Shown here piece after piece: positions 17,499 to 27,369 of a stretch of 40,933 nucleotides of DNA; within the stretch, counting starts at the first letter, position 1; the number at the start of each line of letters is the position of its first letter. This DNA is from a virus. Lineage: Duplodnaviria; Heunggongvirae; Uroviricota; Caudoviricetes. The stretch is from positions 1 to 40,933 of the IMG/VR virus record IMGVR_UViG_2563366852_000006. One strand, 5' to 3'. The notes beneath the pieces were generated by a model that did no database searches, was not told the DNA's origin, and was given only the letters and a program-made list of their open reading frames with translations. The position numbers and the translations under genes are program-made.

Positions 17499-17932
17499 GC
17501 AGAGTCACCGCGATTATCTCCGCTCTGATTATCTGCATCATCGTCTGCCTGTCATGGGCTGTTAATCATTACCGTGATAACGCCATCGCCTACAAAGAGC
17601 AGCGCGATAAAGCCACATCCATCATCGCTGACATGCAGAAGCGTCAACGTGATGTAGCAGAACTCGACGCCAGATATACAAAGGAGCTTGCTGATGCTAA
17701 CGCGACTATCGAAAGTCTCCGTGCTGATGTTTCTGCTGGGCGTAAGCGCCTGCAAGTCGCCGCCACCTGTGCAAAGTCAACGACCGGAGCCAGCAGCATG
17801 GGCGATGGAGAAAGCCCAGGACTTACAGCAGATGCTGAACTCAATTATTACCGTCTCCGAAGTGGAATCGACAGGATAACCGCGCAGGTTAACTACCTGC
17901 AGGAGTACATCAGGACGCAATGCCTTCGATGA
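17495..17932 (+). CDS. Rz: Spanin inner-membrane subunit Rz
   Basis: N-terminal TM helix then a coiled-coil-like periplasmic domain; overlaps the R stop. Confidence 0.85.
17688..17879 (+). CDS. Rz1: Spanin outer-membrane lipoprotein Rz1, embedded in Rz in another frame
   Basis: 63 aa ORF wholly inside Rz; lipobox LLGVSAC then a Pro-rich segment. Confidence 0.75.
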   Translation: MLMLTRLSKVSVLMFLLGVSACKSPPPVQSQRPEPAAWAMEKAQDLQQMLNSIITVSEVESTG

Positions 17933-18182
17933 TAGCGATAATTTTACTCATCATCCTTCACATCTGGCTCTGTAGACAGGGTGGTGCTTACTTCTGGAGC
18001 GAATCCAGATTAAACATCTCATTGCTGATGCTTGATATTGAGCATCTGGCGCGCGGTAAGGGCTGTGTTGAGATAAGTGCCAGTTCATTACAAAGCTATA
18101 TCTAATGGAACCTGAAATAATTTGTCATTGTCATGACAAGAAAATTCATTAATGATGAGCTCTCATTATACGGGAGGTAGAT

Positions 18183-18431
18183 ATGGCATTTCGTTATTTT
18201 GAACTTACCGAAAATATTCCTTTTGAGGATGCAAGAGAGCTTCACGTACAGTTCAAACACCACTTAGAATATGTTGTAAAGGCGTTATTTATGCCAGGAA
18301 CACATGAAAAGCATTTAATTGTTGAAGGCCGGGATGACGAATCGATAACACAGATATTTGGTGGGCATGATGAAAAGTTTATGCATCTTTATCATATCGA
18401 TGAATATGAAAAACGTGAAGACTTAATCTAA
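18183..18431 (+). CDS. Hypothetical small acidic protein
   Basis: 82 aa, AT-rich, GGGAGG RBS 6 nt upstream; Asp/Glu/His-rich. Confidence 0.45.
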   Translation: MAFRYFELTENIPFEDARELHVQFKHHLEYVVKALFMPGTHEKHLIVEGRDDESITQIFGGHDEKFMHLYHIDEYEKREDLI

Positions 18432-18546
18432 CCTCCTACGACTGTTTTTATTGCCATCATAAAAGCCATTCCTTGCAGAGTGGCTTTGATAATGGATATC
18501 CCAACAAGCGGATAAGACAATAAATATACCCACCAGGGGATAAACA

Positions 18547-18792
18547 ATGTCTAAAATCACGGTTACACCTGCATAGCAGATCCGCTTAAACCTGCTGGCG
18601 AAACTGTACTATGACACCGCCGCTGCAGCAGACGCGATTAAGTTTGTTGGTGACGATCCGTTGAAGTATCAAATCTTTGTGAACCAGTTAAGCTGGGTAA
18701 CATCTGAAAGCGGGCTGGTAGCCAGAACGACGAAAGCTATCAAAGAGTCGGAAGACACACTACTGTGGTTTGAAGCTGAATCTGGTTCATAA
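18547..18792 (+). pseudogene. Small ORF interrupted by one in-frame TAG at codon 10
   Basis: ATG at 18547 after an AGGGGA RBS; TAG at 18574-18576; the same frame then stays open for 71 more codons to TAA at 18790-18792. Confidence 0.4.
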
Positions 18793-18840
18793 GTGAATGA
18801 ATGTGGTAATTTAATCCTCCGCAAAAAAAAGGGGATAAAA

Positions 18841-19062
18841 ATGCCAAAGAATGTCATAGCTATTTTACCGGGTGACGCGTTTGATCATGTTGTTGTCCAG
18901 GACGACCTGGAGATTGTTACCTTCAGGGGTGACAAGGGCGGCGTGCTTACTATGCCTATCGAGGAGTACGAACTAGACGGGATAAGTTATAACGTCGCAC
19001 GTTGTGACGGTATGGTCACTGACGAAAAAGTTGAGAAGGCTATCAGACACTTCACCAAGTAA
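18841..19062 (+). CDS. Hypothetical small acidic protein
   Basis: Start chosen at MPKNVIAIL after AAAGGGGATAAAA; followed by a terminator. Confidence 0.4.
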   Translation: MPKNVIAILPGDAFDHVVVQDDLEIVTFRGDKGGVLTMPIEEYELDGISYNVARCDGMVTDEKVEKAIRHFTK

Positions 19063-19080
19063 TAATCAGCTTCCGAACCA

Positions 19081-19104
19081 AGCCTCGCAATAGCGAGGCT
19101 TTTT
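19081..19104 (+). terminator. Rho-independent terminator
   Basis: AAGCCTCGC-AATAG-CGAGGCTT followed by TTTT. Confidence 0.6.
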
Positions 19105-19116
19105 AACGACAGAGGT

Positions 19117-19311
19117 ATGACAGTGGTTCTTACAGCTAAGCAGTTTGAAGACCTTGCATCCTTCGCGAAGGAAGATAGCCAGCCTCAATACACCATCGCA
19201 ACCGGAATAATCCCAGAATTCGAAGATGATTGTGAGTTTATCCCCGTTTATGCCGGGCTCATCGCTTATTTAGAGTTACTGAATCACGGTGTATTGCAAC
19301 TCGACCACTAG
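19117..19311 (+). CDS. Hypothetical small acidic protein
   Basis: 64 aa ORF, D/E-rich; weak translation signals. Confidence 0.3.
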   Translation: MTVVLTAKQFEDLASFAKEDSQPQYTIATGIIPEFEDDCEFIPVYAGLIAYLELLNHGVLQLDH

Positions 19312-19385
19312 CGACATTACGCCAAGTATTCATCAAGTGCCTAGTTTAATGTTAAATTATTCCCTCATTCATAAAAGGGAATGTT

Positions 19386-19787
19386 ATGAAAATAGATCAC
19401 GAGTATTTGAAAGGTCTTTTGGAAGCTTTCGAGGCGTCTGAAGAGCCGCATACTGATATAAAGCAGCTGCAGCTGGCTGGGTATGACTACAGCACCGATG
19501 AATTTTTATTCCATATGCGTTTATTGGCTGATCGTCAACTAATTGCTAGAACAGACGGCAAGTATGGGTTTGGTTTCTCTGAGGCTGCTGATGGAGGATC
19601 ATGGTTCGTTATACCGTTACGATTAACTTCAAGCGGTCATGACTTCCTTGAAGCTCTCAGGAATAAAGAGGTTTGGAATTCTCTCAAGACCGGCTTTAAA
19701 GATGCAAGCATTGGAACATTAGTTGACGTTTCAAGGCGTTTGCTGGATGGTTATATTCAGAAAAAAATTGACGACTTAATTGGCTAA
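19386..19787 (+). CDS. Hypothetical protein, possibly DUF2513-like winged-helix
   Basis: 133 aa; N-terminus MKIDHEYLKGLLEAFE resembles DUF2513 proteins from memory; followed by a strong terminator. Confidence 0.45.
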   Translation: MKIDHEYLKGLLEAFEASEEPHTDIKQLQLAGYDYSTDEFLFHMRLLADRQLIARTDGKYGFGFSEAADGGSWFVIPLRLTSSGHDFLEALRNKEVWNSLKTGFKDASIGTLVDVSRRLLDGYIQKKIDDLIG

Positions 19788-19813
19788 TATTTTATATAAC
19801 CATCAGCCCCGCA

Positions 19814-19838
19814 ATCGCGGGGCTTTTTTATTGCCATT
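19814..19838 (+). terminator. Rho-independent terminator
   Basis: AGCCCCGC-AATC-GCGGGGCT followed by TTTTTT. Confidence 0.65.
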
Positions 19839-19921
19839 ATGATGGCAGATACATTGCTATGGCGTAACAGGATTTCAACTATGAACCCAACAGAAGCAGC
19901 TACATCACCGAAGGACGGATA

Positions 19922-20272
19922 ATGCCACCACGCACACCAAAAGCCTGCCGTGTTCGCGGGTGCCGCCATACCACCACTGACCCGTCAGGTTATTGCGAAA
20001 GCCACAAAAGCGAAGGCTGGAAGCAATACAAGCCAGGACAATCCCGTCATCAGCGCGGCTACGGTTCGAAGTGGGACGTTATCCGCACGCGTGTGCTGAA
20101 ACGTGACAAAGGTTTATGCCAGTTGTGCCTGCGTGCTGGTGTGGTGCGCGAGGCGAAAACCGTTGACCACATCATCCCTAAAGCGCATGGCGGCACTGAT
20201 GCCGACTGTAATCTGCAGAGTCTGTGCTGGCCGTGTCATAAGGCGAAGACGGCCCGTGAACGGTTGAAGTGA
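19922..20272 (+). CDS. HNH endonuclease (packaging-associated)
   Basis: Cys-rich N-terminus and HNH core (VDHIIPKAHGGTDADCNLQSLCWPCHKAK); located just upstream of the terminase small subunit, as in HK97-type phages. Confidence 0.85.
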   Translation: MPPRTPKACRVRGCRHTTTDPSGYCESHKSEGWKQYKPGQSRHQRGYGSKWDVIRTRVLKRDKGLCQLCLRAGVVREAKTVDHIIPKAHGGTDADCNLQSLCWPCHKAKTARERLK

Positions 20273-20297
20273 TAATAATTCTCAACTGCCTGAGGGG

Positions 20298-20359
20298 AGG
20301 GGCGGGTCAAATCCCTGCGGCCTGACGTCTTCCGGACTGCCCGCCCCATCGTTTTTTTA
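20298..20359 (+). other. GC-rich inverted repeat (GAGGGGCGGG ... CCCGCCCC) with downstream T-run, between HNH and terminase; candidate cos vicinity or terminator
   Basis: Arms at about 20298-20306 and 20339-20348, T-run at 20353-20359. In HK97-type genomes cos lies between the HNH gene and the small terminase gene. Confidence 0.3.
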
Positions 20360-20388
20360 TACCCGCGAAAAATGAAATTTAACCAGGA

Positions 20389-20892
20389 GTGCCGCATATG
20401 GCTGGAACGGCGGGGCGTTCCGGGCGTCGCCCCAAGCCAACGGCGCGCAAGGCGCTGGCCGGAAACCCCGGCAAGCGAGCCCTGAACAAAGATGAACCTG
20501 TTTTTACGCCCATCAAAGGTGTTGAGCCACCGGAGTGGTTCGCTGAAGAAGATCTCCCTCTCGCCACGATCATGTGGCAACTGACAACCAAAGAACTCTG
20601 CGGTCAGGACCTGCTGTGCGTGACTGACCTCGCGGTGCTTGAGCGGTGGTGCGTGGCCTACGAGTTCTGGCGACGTGCCGTGAAAAATATTGCCATACAG
20701 GGCAACACCATCACCGGTGCAATGGGCGGCAGGGTCAAAAATCCGGAGCTGACCGCCAAAAAAGAACAGGAGTCCGAGATGAGCAGCACGGGGGCAATGC
20801 TCGGACTCGACCCCAGCAGCCGCCAGCGTCTGATTGGCCTGGCGGGGCAGAAGAAAGCCACTAACCCGTTTCTGAAAATCATCGAGTCATGA
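20389..20892 (+). CDS. Terminase small subunit (P27 family)
   Basis: N-terminal basic region [24 protein letters not shown]; immediately upstream of and overlapping the large subunit. Alternative start at 20398. Confidence 0.8.
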   Translation: MPHMAGTAGRSGRRPKPTARKALAGNPGKRALNKDEPVFTPIKGVEPPEWFAEEDLPLATIMWQLTTKELCGQDLLCVTDLAVLERWCVAYEFWRRAVKNIAIQGNTITGAMGGRVKNPELTAKKEQESEMSSTGAMLGLDPSSRQRLIGLAGQKKATNPFLKIIES

Positions 20893-22622
20893 GCCGGAAA
20901 TCTTACCCCAACGTAAATGCTGCCAATCAGTATGCCCGTGATGTCGTGCGCGGAAAGATTGTGGCCTGCCAGTTTGTGATTCAGGCCTGCCAGCGCCATC
21001 TTGATGACCTGATGGCGGAAAAAAGTAAGTCGTTTCGTTACCGCTTCGACAAGGACCTGGCTGAACGGGCCGCGAAATTTATTCAGCTGTTGCCACACAC
21101 CAAGGGGGAGTGGGCATTCAAGAGGATGCCCATCACGCTGGAACCGTGGCAGCTCTTTGTGATCTGCTGTGCGTTTGGCTGGGTCAATAAAGGCTCCCGG
21201 CTGCGCCGCTTCAGGGAGGTGTATACCGAAATCCCCCGTAAGAACGGCAAATCGGCAATCTCTGCCGGTGTTGCCCTGTATTGTTTTGCCTGTGATAACG
21301 AGTTTGGCGCAGAAGTGTATTCCGGTGCCACGACAGAGAAACAGGCGTGGGAAGTCTTTCGCCCGGCTCGACTGATGTGTAAACGCACACCCATGCTGAC
21401 GGAAGCGTTCGGGATTGAGGTTAACGCCTCAAACATGAATCGTCCGGAGGATGGCGCGCGGTTTGAACCGCTGATCGGTAACCCCGGTGATGGTTCATCA
21501 CCCCACTGTGCGGTGGTGGATGAATATCACGAGCACGCCACAGATGCGCTTTACACCACGATGCTTACCGGGATGGGGGCGCGACGTCAGCCACTGATGT
21601 GGGCCATTACTACTGCCGGGTACAACATTGAGGGGCCGTGCTACGACAAGCGGCGGGAAGTTATCGAGATGCTCAACGGGTCGGTACCCAACGATGAACT
21701 GTTCGGGATCATCTATACCGTTGATGAAGGTGACGACTGGACCGACCCGCAGGTGCTGGAAAAAGCTAACCCGAATATTGGCGTGTCGGTTTATCGCGAA
21801 TTTTTGTTAAGTCAGCAGCAGCGTGCGAAAAATAACGCCCGTCTGGCAAACGTCTTTAAAACAAAGCACCTCAATATCTGGGTGTCGGCGCGTTCGGCGT
21901 ATTTCAACCTGGTGAGCTGGCAGAGCTGCGAGGATAAATCACTGTCCCTTGAGCAGTTCGAGGGGCAACCGTGCATCCTGGCCTTTGACCTGGCGCGTAA
22001 GCTGGATATGAACAGTATGGCGCGACTTTATACCCGCGAGATTGACGGTAAAACGCATTACTACAGTGTGGCCCCGCGTTTCTGGGTACCGTATGACACG
22101 GTGTACAGCGTCGAGAAAAATGAAGATCGCCGGACAGCCGAACGCTTTCAGAAATGGGTGGAAATGGGCGTCCTGACCGTTACCGATGGTGCAGAGGTGG
22201 ATTATCGCTACATCCTCGAAGAGGCCAAAGCGGCGAACAAAATCAGCCCGGTCAGCGAGTCACCCATCGACCCCTTCGGGGCGACCGGGCTGTCACATGA
22301 CCTTGCTGATGAAGACCTGAATCCCGTCACTATCTTCCAGAACTTCACCAATATGTCCGATCCGATGAAAGAGCTGGAAGCAGCGATTGAATCGGGACGT
22401 TTTCATCATGACGGCAATCCCATCATGACCTGGTGTATCGGCAACGTGGTCGGCAAAAACATGCCGGGTAACGATGATGTGGTGAAACCCGTCAAAGAGC
22501 AGGCGGAAAACAAAATTGACGGTGCAGTTGCGCTGATTATGGCGGTTGGCAGAGCCATGCTGTACGAGAAAGAAGACACGCTGTCTGATCACATTGAGTC
22601 CTACGGGATCCGCTCGCTTTAA
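20889..22622 (+). CDS. Terminase large subunit
   Basis: 577 aa; ATPase-like N-terminal half and nuclease-like C-terminal half with conserved acidic residues; position between the small subunit and the portal. Confidence 0.9.
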   Translation: MSRKSYPNVNAANQYARDVVRGKIVACQFVIQACQRHLDDLMAEKSKSFRYRFDKDLAERAAKFIQLLPHTKGEWAFKRMPITLEPWQLFVICCAFGWVNKGSRLRRFREVYTEIPRKNGKSAISAGVALYCFACDNEFGAEVYSGATTEKQAWEVFRPARLMCKRTPMLTEAFGIEVNASNMNRPEDGARFEPLIGNPGDGSSPHCAVVDEYHEHATDALYTTMLTGMGARRQPLMWAITTAGYNIEGPCYDKRREVIEMLNGSVPNDELFGIIYTVDEGDDWTDPQVLEKANPNIGVSVYREFLLSQQQRAKNNARLANVFKTKHLNIWVSARSAYFNLVSWQSCEDKSLSLEQFEGQPCILAFDLARKLDMNSMARLYTREIDGKTHYYSVAPRFWVPYDTVYSVEKNEDRRTAERFQKWVEMGVLTVTDGAEVDYRYILEEAKAANKISPVSESPIDPFGATGLSHDLADEDLNPVTIFQNFTNMSDPMKELEAAIESGRFHHDGNPIMTWCIGNVVGKNMPGNDDVVKPVKEQAENKIDGAVALIMAVGRAMLYEKEDTLSDHIESYGIRSL

Positions 22623-22633
22623 CTGAGGTAATT

Positions 22634-22816
22634 ATGATCATGCTGATTCTCGCGCCTCTGGTGGGCGTGCTGGGTGCGCTTTTGCTGGCGTATGGTGCCT
22701 GGCTGATTTATCCCCCGGCGGGTTTTGTTGTTGCCGGGGCGCTGTGCCTGTTCTGGTCGTGGCTGGTGGCGCGATATCTCGACCGTACACAGTCGTCTGT
22801 CAGCGGAGGTAAATAG
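22634..22816 (+). CDS. Small membrane protein (2 TM)
   Basis: 60 aa ORF with two hydrophobic helices between terminase and portal. Confidence 0.4.
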   Translation: MIMLILAPLVGVLGALLLAYGAWLIYPPAGFVVAGALCLFWSWLVARYLDRTQSSVSGGK

Positions 22817-24057
22817 TGTTCTTTTCGGGATTGTTTCAACGAAAAAGTGACGCGCCGGTGACCACGCCAGCAGAGCTGGCGGATGCTATCGGGCTGTCAT
22901 ATGACACCTATACCGGAAAGCAGATCAGCAGCCAGCGGGCCATGCGACTGACGGCGGTTTTTTCCTGCGTCAGGGTTCTGGCAGAGTCGGTCGGGATGTT
23001 GCCCTGCAACCTGTATTACCTGAACGGCAGCCTGAAGCAGAGGGCCACCGGCGAACGTCTGCATAAGCTGATCTCCACGCATCCCAATGGCTATATGACG
23101 CCGCAGGAGTTCTGGGAGCTGGTGGTCACCTGTCTGTGCCTGCGGGGAAACTTTTACGCCTACAAAGTGAAAGCGTTTGGCGAAGTGGCTGAACTGCTGC
23201 CCGTCGATCCCGGTTGTGTGGTACCGAAGCTTAACAGTAGCTGGGAACCGGTTTACCAGGTCACATTCCCGGACGGCTCCACGGATGTACTGAGCCAGGA
23301 AGATATCTGGCATGTGCGCACGCTGACGCTGGACGGTCTGGTGGGACTGAATCCCGTCGCCTATGCCCGCGAGGCAATATCGCTGGCAGCTGCGACCGAA
23401 GAGCACGGGGCCAGACTGTTCAGCAATGGCGCGGTGACGTCGGGTGTGTTGCGTACAGAACAGACGCTGTCGGATCAGGCTTATGAGCGCCTGAAGAAAG
23501 ATTTTGAGGAGCGTCACACCGGGCTTGGTAATGCTCACCGCCCGATGATCCTTGAGATGGGGCTGGACTGGAAGTCGATGGCGCTGAACGCCGAGGACAG
23601 CCAGTTCCTGGAAACCCGCAAGTTTCAGCTTGAAGAAATCTGTCGTCTGTTCCGGGTGCCGTTGCACATGGTGCAGAACACCGATCGCGCCACCTTCAAC
23701 AATATCGAAGAGCTGGGGCTGGGATTTATCAACTATTCACTGGTGCCGTATCTGACCCGCATCGAACAGCGGATCAACACCGGACTGGTACGAAAAAGTA
23801 AGCAGGGCGTTTATTACGCCAAATTTAACGCCGGGGCGTTACTGCGCGGGGATATGAAGTCCCGTTTTGAAGCCTACGCCACCGGGATCAACTGGGGAAT
23901 TTACTCTCCCAATGACTGCCGCGACCTGGAAGATATGAATCCGCGTCCCGGTGGTGATGTCTATCTCACACCGATGAACATGACCACGAAACCCTCCGAT
24001 GGCAGTAAAGCCGGTAAGCAGAAGGATAACGCCAATGCAGACGAAACAACGTCTTGA
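22816..24057 (+). CDS. Portal protein (HK97 family)
   Basis: 413 aa following the terminase; sequence style and size fit HK97-type portals. Confidence 0.85.
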   Translation: MFFSGLFQRKSDAPVTTPAELADAIGLSYDTYTGKQISSQRAMRLTAVFSCVRVLAESVGMLPCNLYYLNGSLKQRATGERLHKLISTHPNGYMTPQEFWELVVTCLCLRGNFYAYKVKAFGEVAELLPVDPGCVVPKLNSSWEPVYQVTFPDGSTDVLSQEDIWHVRTLTLDGLVGLNPVAYAREAISLAAATEEHGARLFSNGAVTSGVLRTEQTLSDQAYERLKKDFEERHTGLGNAHRPMILEMGLDWKSMALNAEDSQFLETRKFQLEEICRLFRVPLHMVQNTDRATFNNIEELGLGFINYSLVPYLTRIEQRINTGLVRKSKQGVYYAKFNAGALLRGDMKSRFEAYATGINWGIYSPNDCRDLEDMNPRPGGDVYLTPMNMTTKPSDGSKAGKQKDNANADETTS

Positions 24058-24685
24058 TGTACCGCTGAGTCTGAAGTCTGTCAGTGACTCCGGTGAGTTT
24101 GAAGGGTATGGCTCCGTCTTTGGTGTAAAGGACAGCCACGATGATGTGGTGATGTCCGGGGCATTTACCGCCTCCCTGCGGGCGTGGAGTGACAGAAAAG
24201 CGTTACCTGCGCTGCTCTGGCAGCACCGCATGGATGAGCCCATCGGTGTTTACACCGAAATGAAGGAAGACGATGTCGGGCTTTACGTCAGGGGGCGGTT
24301 GCTCATTGATGATGATCCCCTGGCAAAACGCGCACATGCACACATGAAGGCCGGTTCGTTAACCGGCCTTTCTATTGGGTACGTCCTGAAGGACTGGGAA
24401 TACGACCGGACGAAAGAAGCCTTTCTGCTGAAAGAAATCGACCTCTGGGAAGTCAGTCTGGTGACGTTCCCGTCTAACGACGAGGCGCGGATCAGCGACG
24501 TCAAGAACGCGCTGGCCCGCGGGGAAATCCCCGAACAGAAAAAAATCGAAAGAGTCCTGCGTGATGTCGGACTCTCCCGTACCCAGGCCAAAGCATTCAT
24601 GGCCGGGGGCTATGGCGCACTGTCCCTGCGCGACGCTGAGGATGTGGGCTCTGCACTGAATGCACTGAAAAATCTGAACTTCTAA
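24035..24685 (+). CDS. Prohead protease (HK97 family)
   Basis: Sits between portal and major capsid; start chosen at MQTKQRL (24035), alternative 23999. Confidence 0.8.
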   Translation: MQTKQRLDVPLSLKSVSDSGEFEGYGSVFGVKDSHDDVVMSGAFTASLRAWSDRKALPALLWQHRMDEPIGVYTEMKEDDVGLYVRGRLLIDDDPLAKRAHAHMKAGSLTGLSIGYVLKDWEYDRTKEAFLLKEIDLWEVSLVTFPSNDEARISDVKNALARGEIPEQKKIERVLRDVGLSRTQAKAFMAGGYGALSLRDAEDVGSALNALKNLNF

Positions 24686-24699
24686 TCAGGAGAAATACG

Positions 24700-25905
24700 A
24701 TGGCGGTTGATATTAAAGATGTGGAACAGGTCGCGCAGGAGCTGCAGCAGAAGTTTGACGACTTCAAAGCAAAGAACGACAAGCGCGTGGATGCGATTGA
24801 GCAGGAAAAAGGCAAACTTGCCGGGCAGGTGGAAACCCTGAACGGGAAACTCAGCGAGCTGGAAAATCTCAAAAGCGACCTTGAAAAAGAGTTGCTTGAG
24901 CTGAAACGTCCGGCAGGTGGTGCGCAAAATAAACTGGCCACCGAGCATAAAGAAGCGTTTGTGGGCTTCCTGCGTAAAGGCCGTGAAGATGGTCTGCGCG
25001 ATCTGGAGCGTAAGGCATTGCAGGTGGGCACCGATGAAGACGGTGGCTACGCCGTGCCGGAAGAACTGGATCGCAACATTCTCAACCTGCTGAAAGATGA
25101 AGTGGTGATGCGTCAGGAAGCCACGGTGATCACCGTTGGCGGTTCCGACTACAAAAAACTGGTGAATCTGGGCGGCACGGCTTCCGGATGGGTGGGGGAA
25201 ACGGATACGCGATCCCAGACTGCCACCTCCAGACTGGAGCTGATTGAACCTCTCATGGGGGAAATCTACGGCAACCCGCAGGCTACCCAGAAAATGCTGG
25301 ACGATGCCTTCTTCAACGTGGAGGCCTGGATCAACAGCGAGCTGGCAACCGAATTTGCTGAACAGGAAGAAATTGCCTTTACCTCTGGCGATGGCACCAA
25401 GAAGCCGAAAGGGTTCCTGGCGTATGAATCCACTGATGAAACCGATAAGGTCCGGGCGTTCGGCAAACTTCAGCATATTGTATCCGGCGAAGCGACTGCG
25501 GTGACCGCAGACGCCATTATCAAACTGATTTACACGCTGCGTAAGGCACACCGCACTGGCGCGAAGTTCATGATGAACAACAACAGCCTGTTTGCCATCC
25601 GTCTGCTGAAAGACACCGAGGGTAACTATCTGTGGCGTCCGGGGCTGGAACTGGGGCAACCGTCCTCTCTGGCGGGTTACGGTATCGCTGAAAACGAGCA
25701 GATGCCGGATATCGCTGCAGATGCGAAAGCCATTGCATTTGGTAACTTCAAACGGGGTTACACCATCGTAGACCGTATCGGCACCCGCATTCTGCGTGAT
25801 CCGTACACCAATAAACCATTTGTCGGTTTTTATACCACCAAGCGCACCGGCGGCATGCTGGTCGATTCGCAGGCCATCAAACTGCTGAAGATTGCAGCGG
25901 CGTAA
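24700..25905 (+). CDS. Major capsid protein (HK97 fold)
   Basis: 401 aa with a coiled-coil N-terminal delta-domain-like region followed by the capsid body; directly after the protease. Confidence 0.85.
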   Translation: MAVDIKDVEQVAQELQQKFDDFKAKNDKRVDAIEQEKGKLAGQVETLNGKLSELENLKSDLEKELLELKRPAGGAQNKLATEHKEAFVGFLRKGREDGLRDLERKALQVGTDEDGGYAVPEELDRNILNLLKDEVVMRQEATVITVGGSDYKKLVNLGGTASGWVGETDTRSQTATSRLELIEPLMGEIYGNPQATQKMLDDAFFNVEAWINSELATEFAEQEEIAFTSGDGTKKPKGFLAYESTDETDKVRAFGKLQHIVSGEATAVTADAIIKLIYTLRKAHRTGAKFMMNNNSLFAIRLLKDTEGNYLWRPGLELGQPSSLAGYGIAENEQMPDIAADAKAIAFGNFKRGYTIVDRIGTRILRDPYTNKPFVGFYTTKRTGGMLVDSQAIKLLKIAAA

Positions 25906-25954
25906 TCATTCATGGGCGCGGAACCGCGCCCCCTGTTCTGACGGGTGAAGAATC

Positions 25955-26155
25955 ATGATCCTGAAACAAGATCTGAAATGGTCACCGGACGGTATGCGTG
26001 TTGAGGTCATTCGGGCCGGTGAGTATGACGACGGGGCGCTTCCTGCCCGTGTGCAGGAGATTGCACTTCAGGCCGGGTTAGCAGAGCGCGGAATCAGTGC
26101 AAAAAGCAGTAAAGCGGCAAAAGAGAAAAAAGCCACGACCAGTAAAGAGGGCTGA
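25955..26155 (+). CDS. Hypothetical small protein
   Basis: 66 aa ORF between capsid and connector genes; Lys/Ala-rich C-terminus. Confidence 0.4.
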   Translation: MILKQDLKWSPDGMRVEVIRAGEYDDGALPARVQEIALQAGLAERGISAKSSKAAKEKKATTSKEG

Positions 26156-26157
26156 GC

Positions 26158-26481
26158 ATGCTTCTGACAATGGAAGAGATTAAAGCCCAACTCCGGCTGG
26201 ATGAGGATTTCGATACTGATGACCGCCATCTGCAACTGCTGGCCTGTGCGGCACAAAAGCGGACGGAAACGTATCTGAACCGGAAGCTCTATGCACCGGA
26301 TGAAACCATTCCGGACAGCGATCCGGACGGGCTGCACCTGCCGGATGATATTCGTCTGGGGATGCTGATGCTTATCAGCCATTTTTACGAAAATCGCTCG
26401 TCGGTTACAGACGTTGAGAAAATGGAGTTGCCAATGAGCTTTAACTGGCTTGTCGGCCCGTACAGGTACTTTCCGCAATGA
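26158..26481 (+). CDS. Head-tail connector (gp6-like)
   Basis: Size and position after the capsid gene; N-terminus MLLTMEEIKAQLRLDED typical of this family. Confidence 0.6.
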   Translation: MLLTMEEIKAQLRLDEDFDTDDRHLQLLACAAQKRTETYLNRKLYAPDETIPDSDPDGLHLPDDIRLGMLMLISHFYENRSSVTDVEKMELPMSFNWLVGPYRYFPQ

Positions 26482-26888
26482 AAATTCGTCAGGCGCAGAC
26501 CAGCGTAACCTACATTCTGCCGGACCCCGGTGAACTGAATAAACGCGTCCTGATCCGCCAGCGGGTGGATATGCCCGCGGATAACTTTGGCGTGGAGCCT
26601 CAATACCCGGTTGCGTTCCGGACATGGGCGAAGGTTGTCCAGACCAGTGCCACCACCTGGCAGGAAACCGCGCAGACCGGGGACGCCATCACCCATTACA
26701 TCACCATTCGTTACCGCCGGGGGATCACCGCTGATTATGAGGTGGTCTGCGGTGACAGTGTGTACCGGGTGAAACGTCAGCGCGATCTGAACGGGGCGCG
26801 GCGCTTTCTGCTGCTGGAGTGTACGGAGCTGGGCGAATGTAGGCAGAGTCACGGAGGCAACAATGACGACTTCCTTTTTGCACGTTGA
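26478..26888 (+). CDS. Head-tail joining / head completion protein
   Basis: Position and size; overlaps its neighbours. Confidence 0.55.
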   Translation: MKIRQAQTSVTYILPDPGELNKRVLIRQRVDMPADNFGVEPQYPVAFRTWAKVVQTSATTWQETAQTGDAITHYITIRYRRGITADYEVVCGDSVYRVKRQRDLNGARRFLLLECTELGECRQSHGGNNDDFLFAR

Positions 26889-27369
26889 TTTTCAGCAGCC
26901 CGCGGAGATGCGCTTTAACCGCGCCCGTGTCCGGCGGGCGTTTGTCACGATTGGTCAGCGTCATATGCGTGATGCCCGTCGGCTGGTGATGCGCCGTGCG
27001 CGGTCGGCACCGGGTGAAAACCCCGGTTATCAGACCGGACGCCTGGCTCGTTCGATTGGTTACATGGTACCCAGAGCCAGTAAACATCGCCCTGGTTTTA
27101 TGGCACGTATAGCCCCTAACCAGCGTAATGGAGAGGGAAACCGCCGTATCACCGGTGATTTTTATCCGGCTTTTTTGTTCTATGGCGTGAGGCGAGGGGC
27201 AAAGCGTCGTCGCAGCCATCATCGTGGTGCATCCGGTGGCAGCGGCTGGCGACTGGCTCCACGTAATAACTTCATGGTGGAAACGCTTGAAAAGAACCGC
27301 AGCTGGACACGCTATTTTCTGGCGCGGGAATTGCGTAAATCACTGAAGCCGGAGCGACGACACAGATGA
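26863..27369 (+). CDS. HK97 gp10-like neck/tail completion protein
   Basis: Position; basic protein; overlapping gene ends. Confidence 0.45.
   Translation: MTTSFLHVDFQQPAEMRFNRARVRRAFVTIGQRHMRDARRLVMRRARSAPGENPGYQTGRLARSIGYMVPRASKHRPGFMARIAPNQRNGEGNRRITGDFYPAFLFYGVRRGAKRRRSHHRGASGGSGWRLAPRNNFMVETLEKNRSWTRYFLARELRKSLKPERRHR

Noticed and set aside
17920-18105. 61-aa ORF after Rz
   Set aside because: No RBS, overlaps the Rz stop, hydrophobic low-complexity translation; kept only as a weak possibility of a small membrane peptide.
22897-23667. 256-aa minus-strand ORF
   Set aside because: Antisense to the portal gene; low-complexity Arg/Gln-rich translation typical of a GC-rich shadow frame.
24682-25659. 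325-aa minus-strand ORF
   Set aside because: Lies antisense within the prohead protease and major capsid genes; His/Gln/Arg-rich shadow-ORF composition; the plus-strand genes have clear phage identities.
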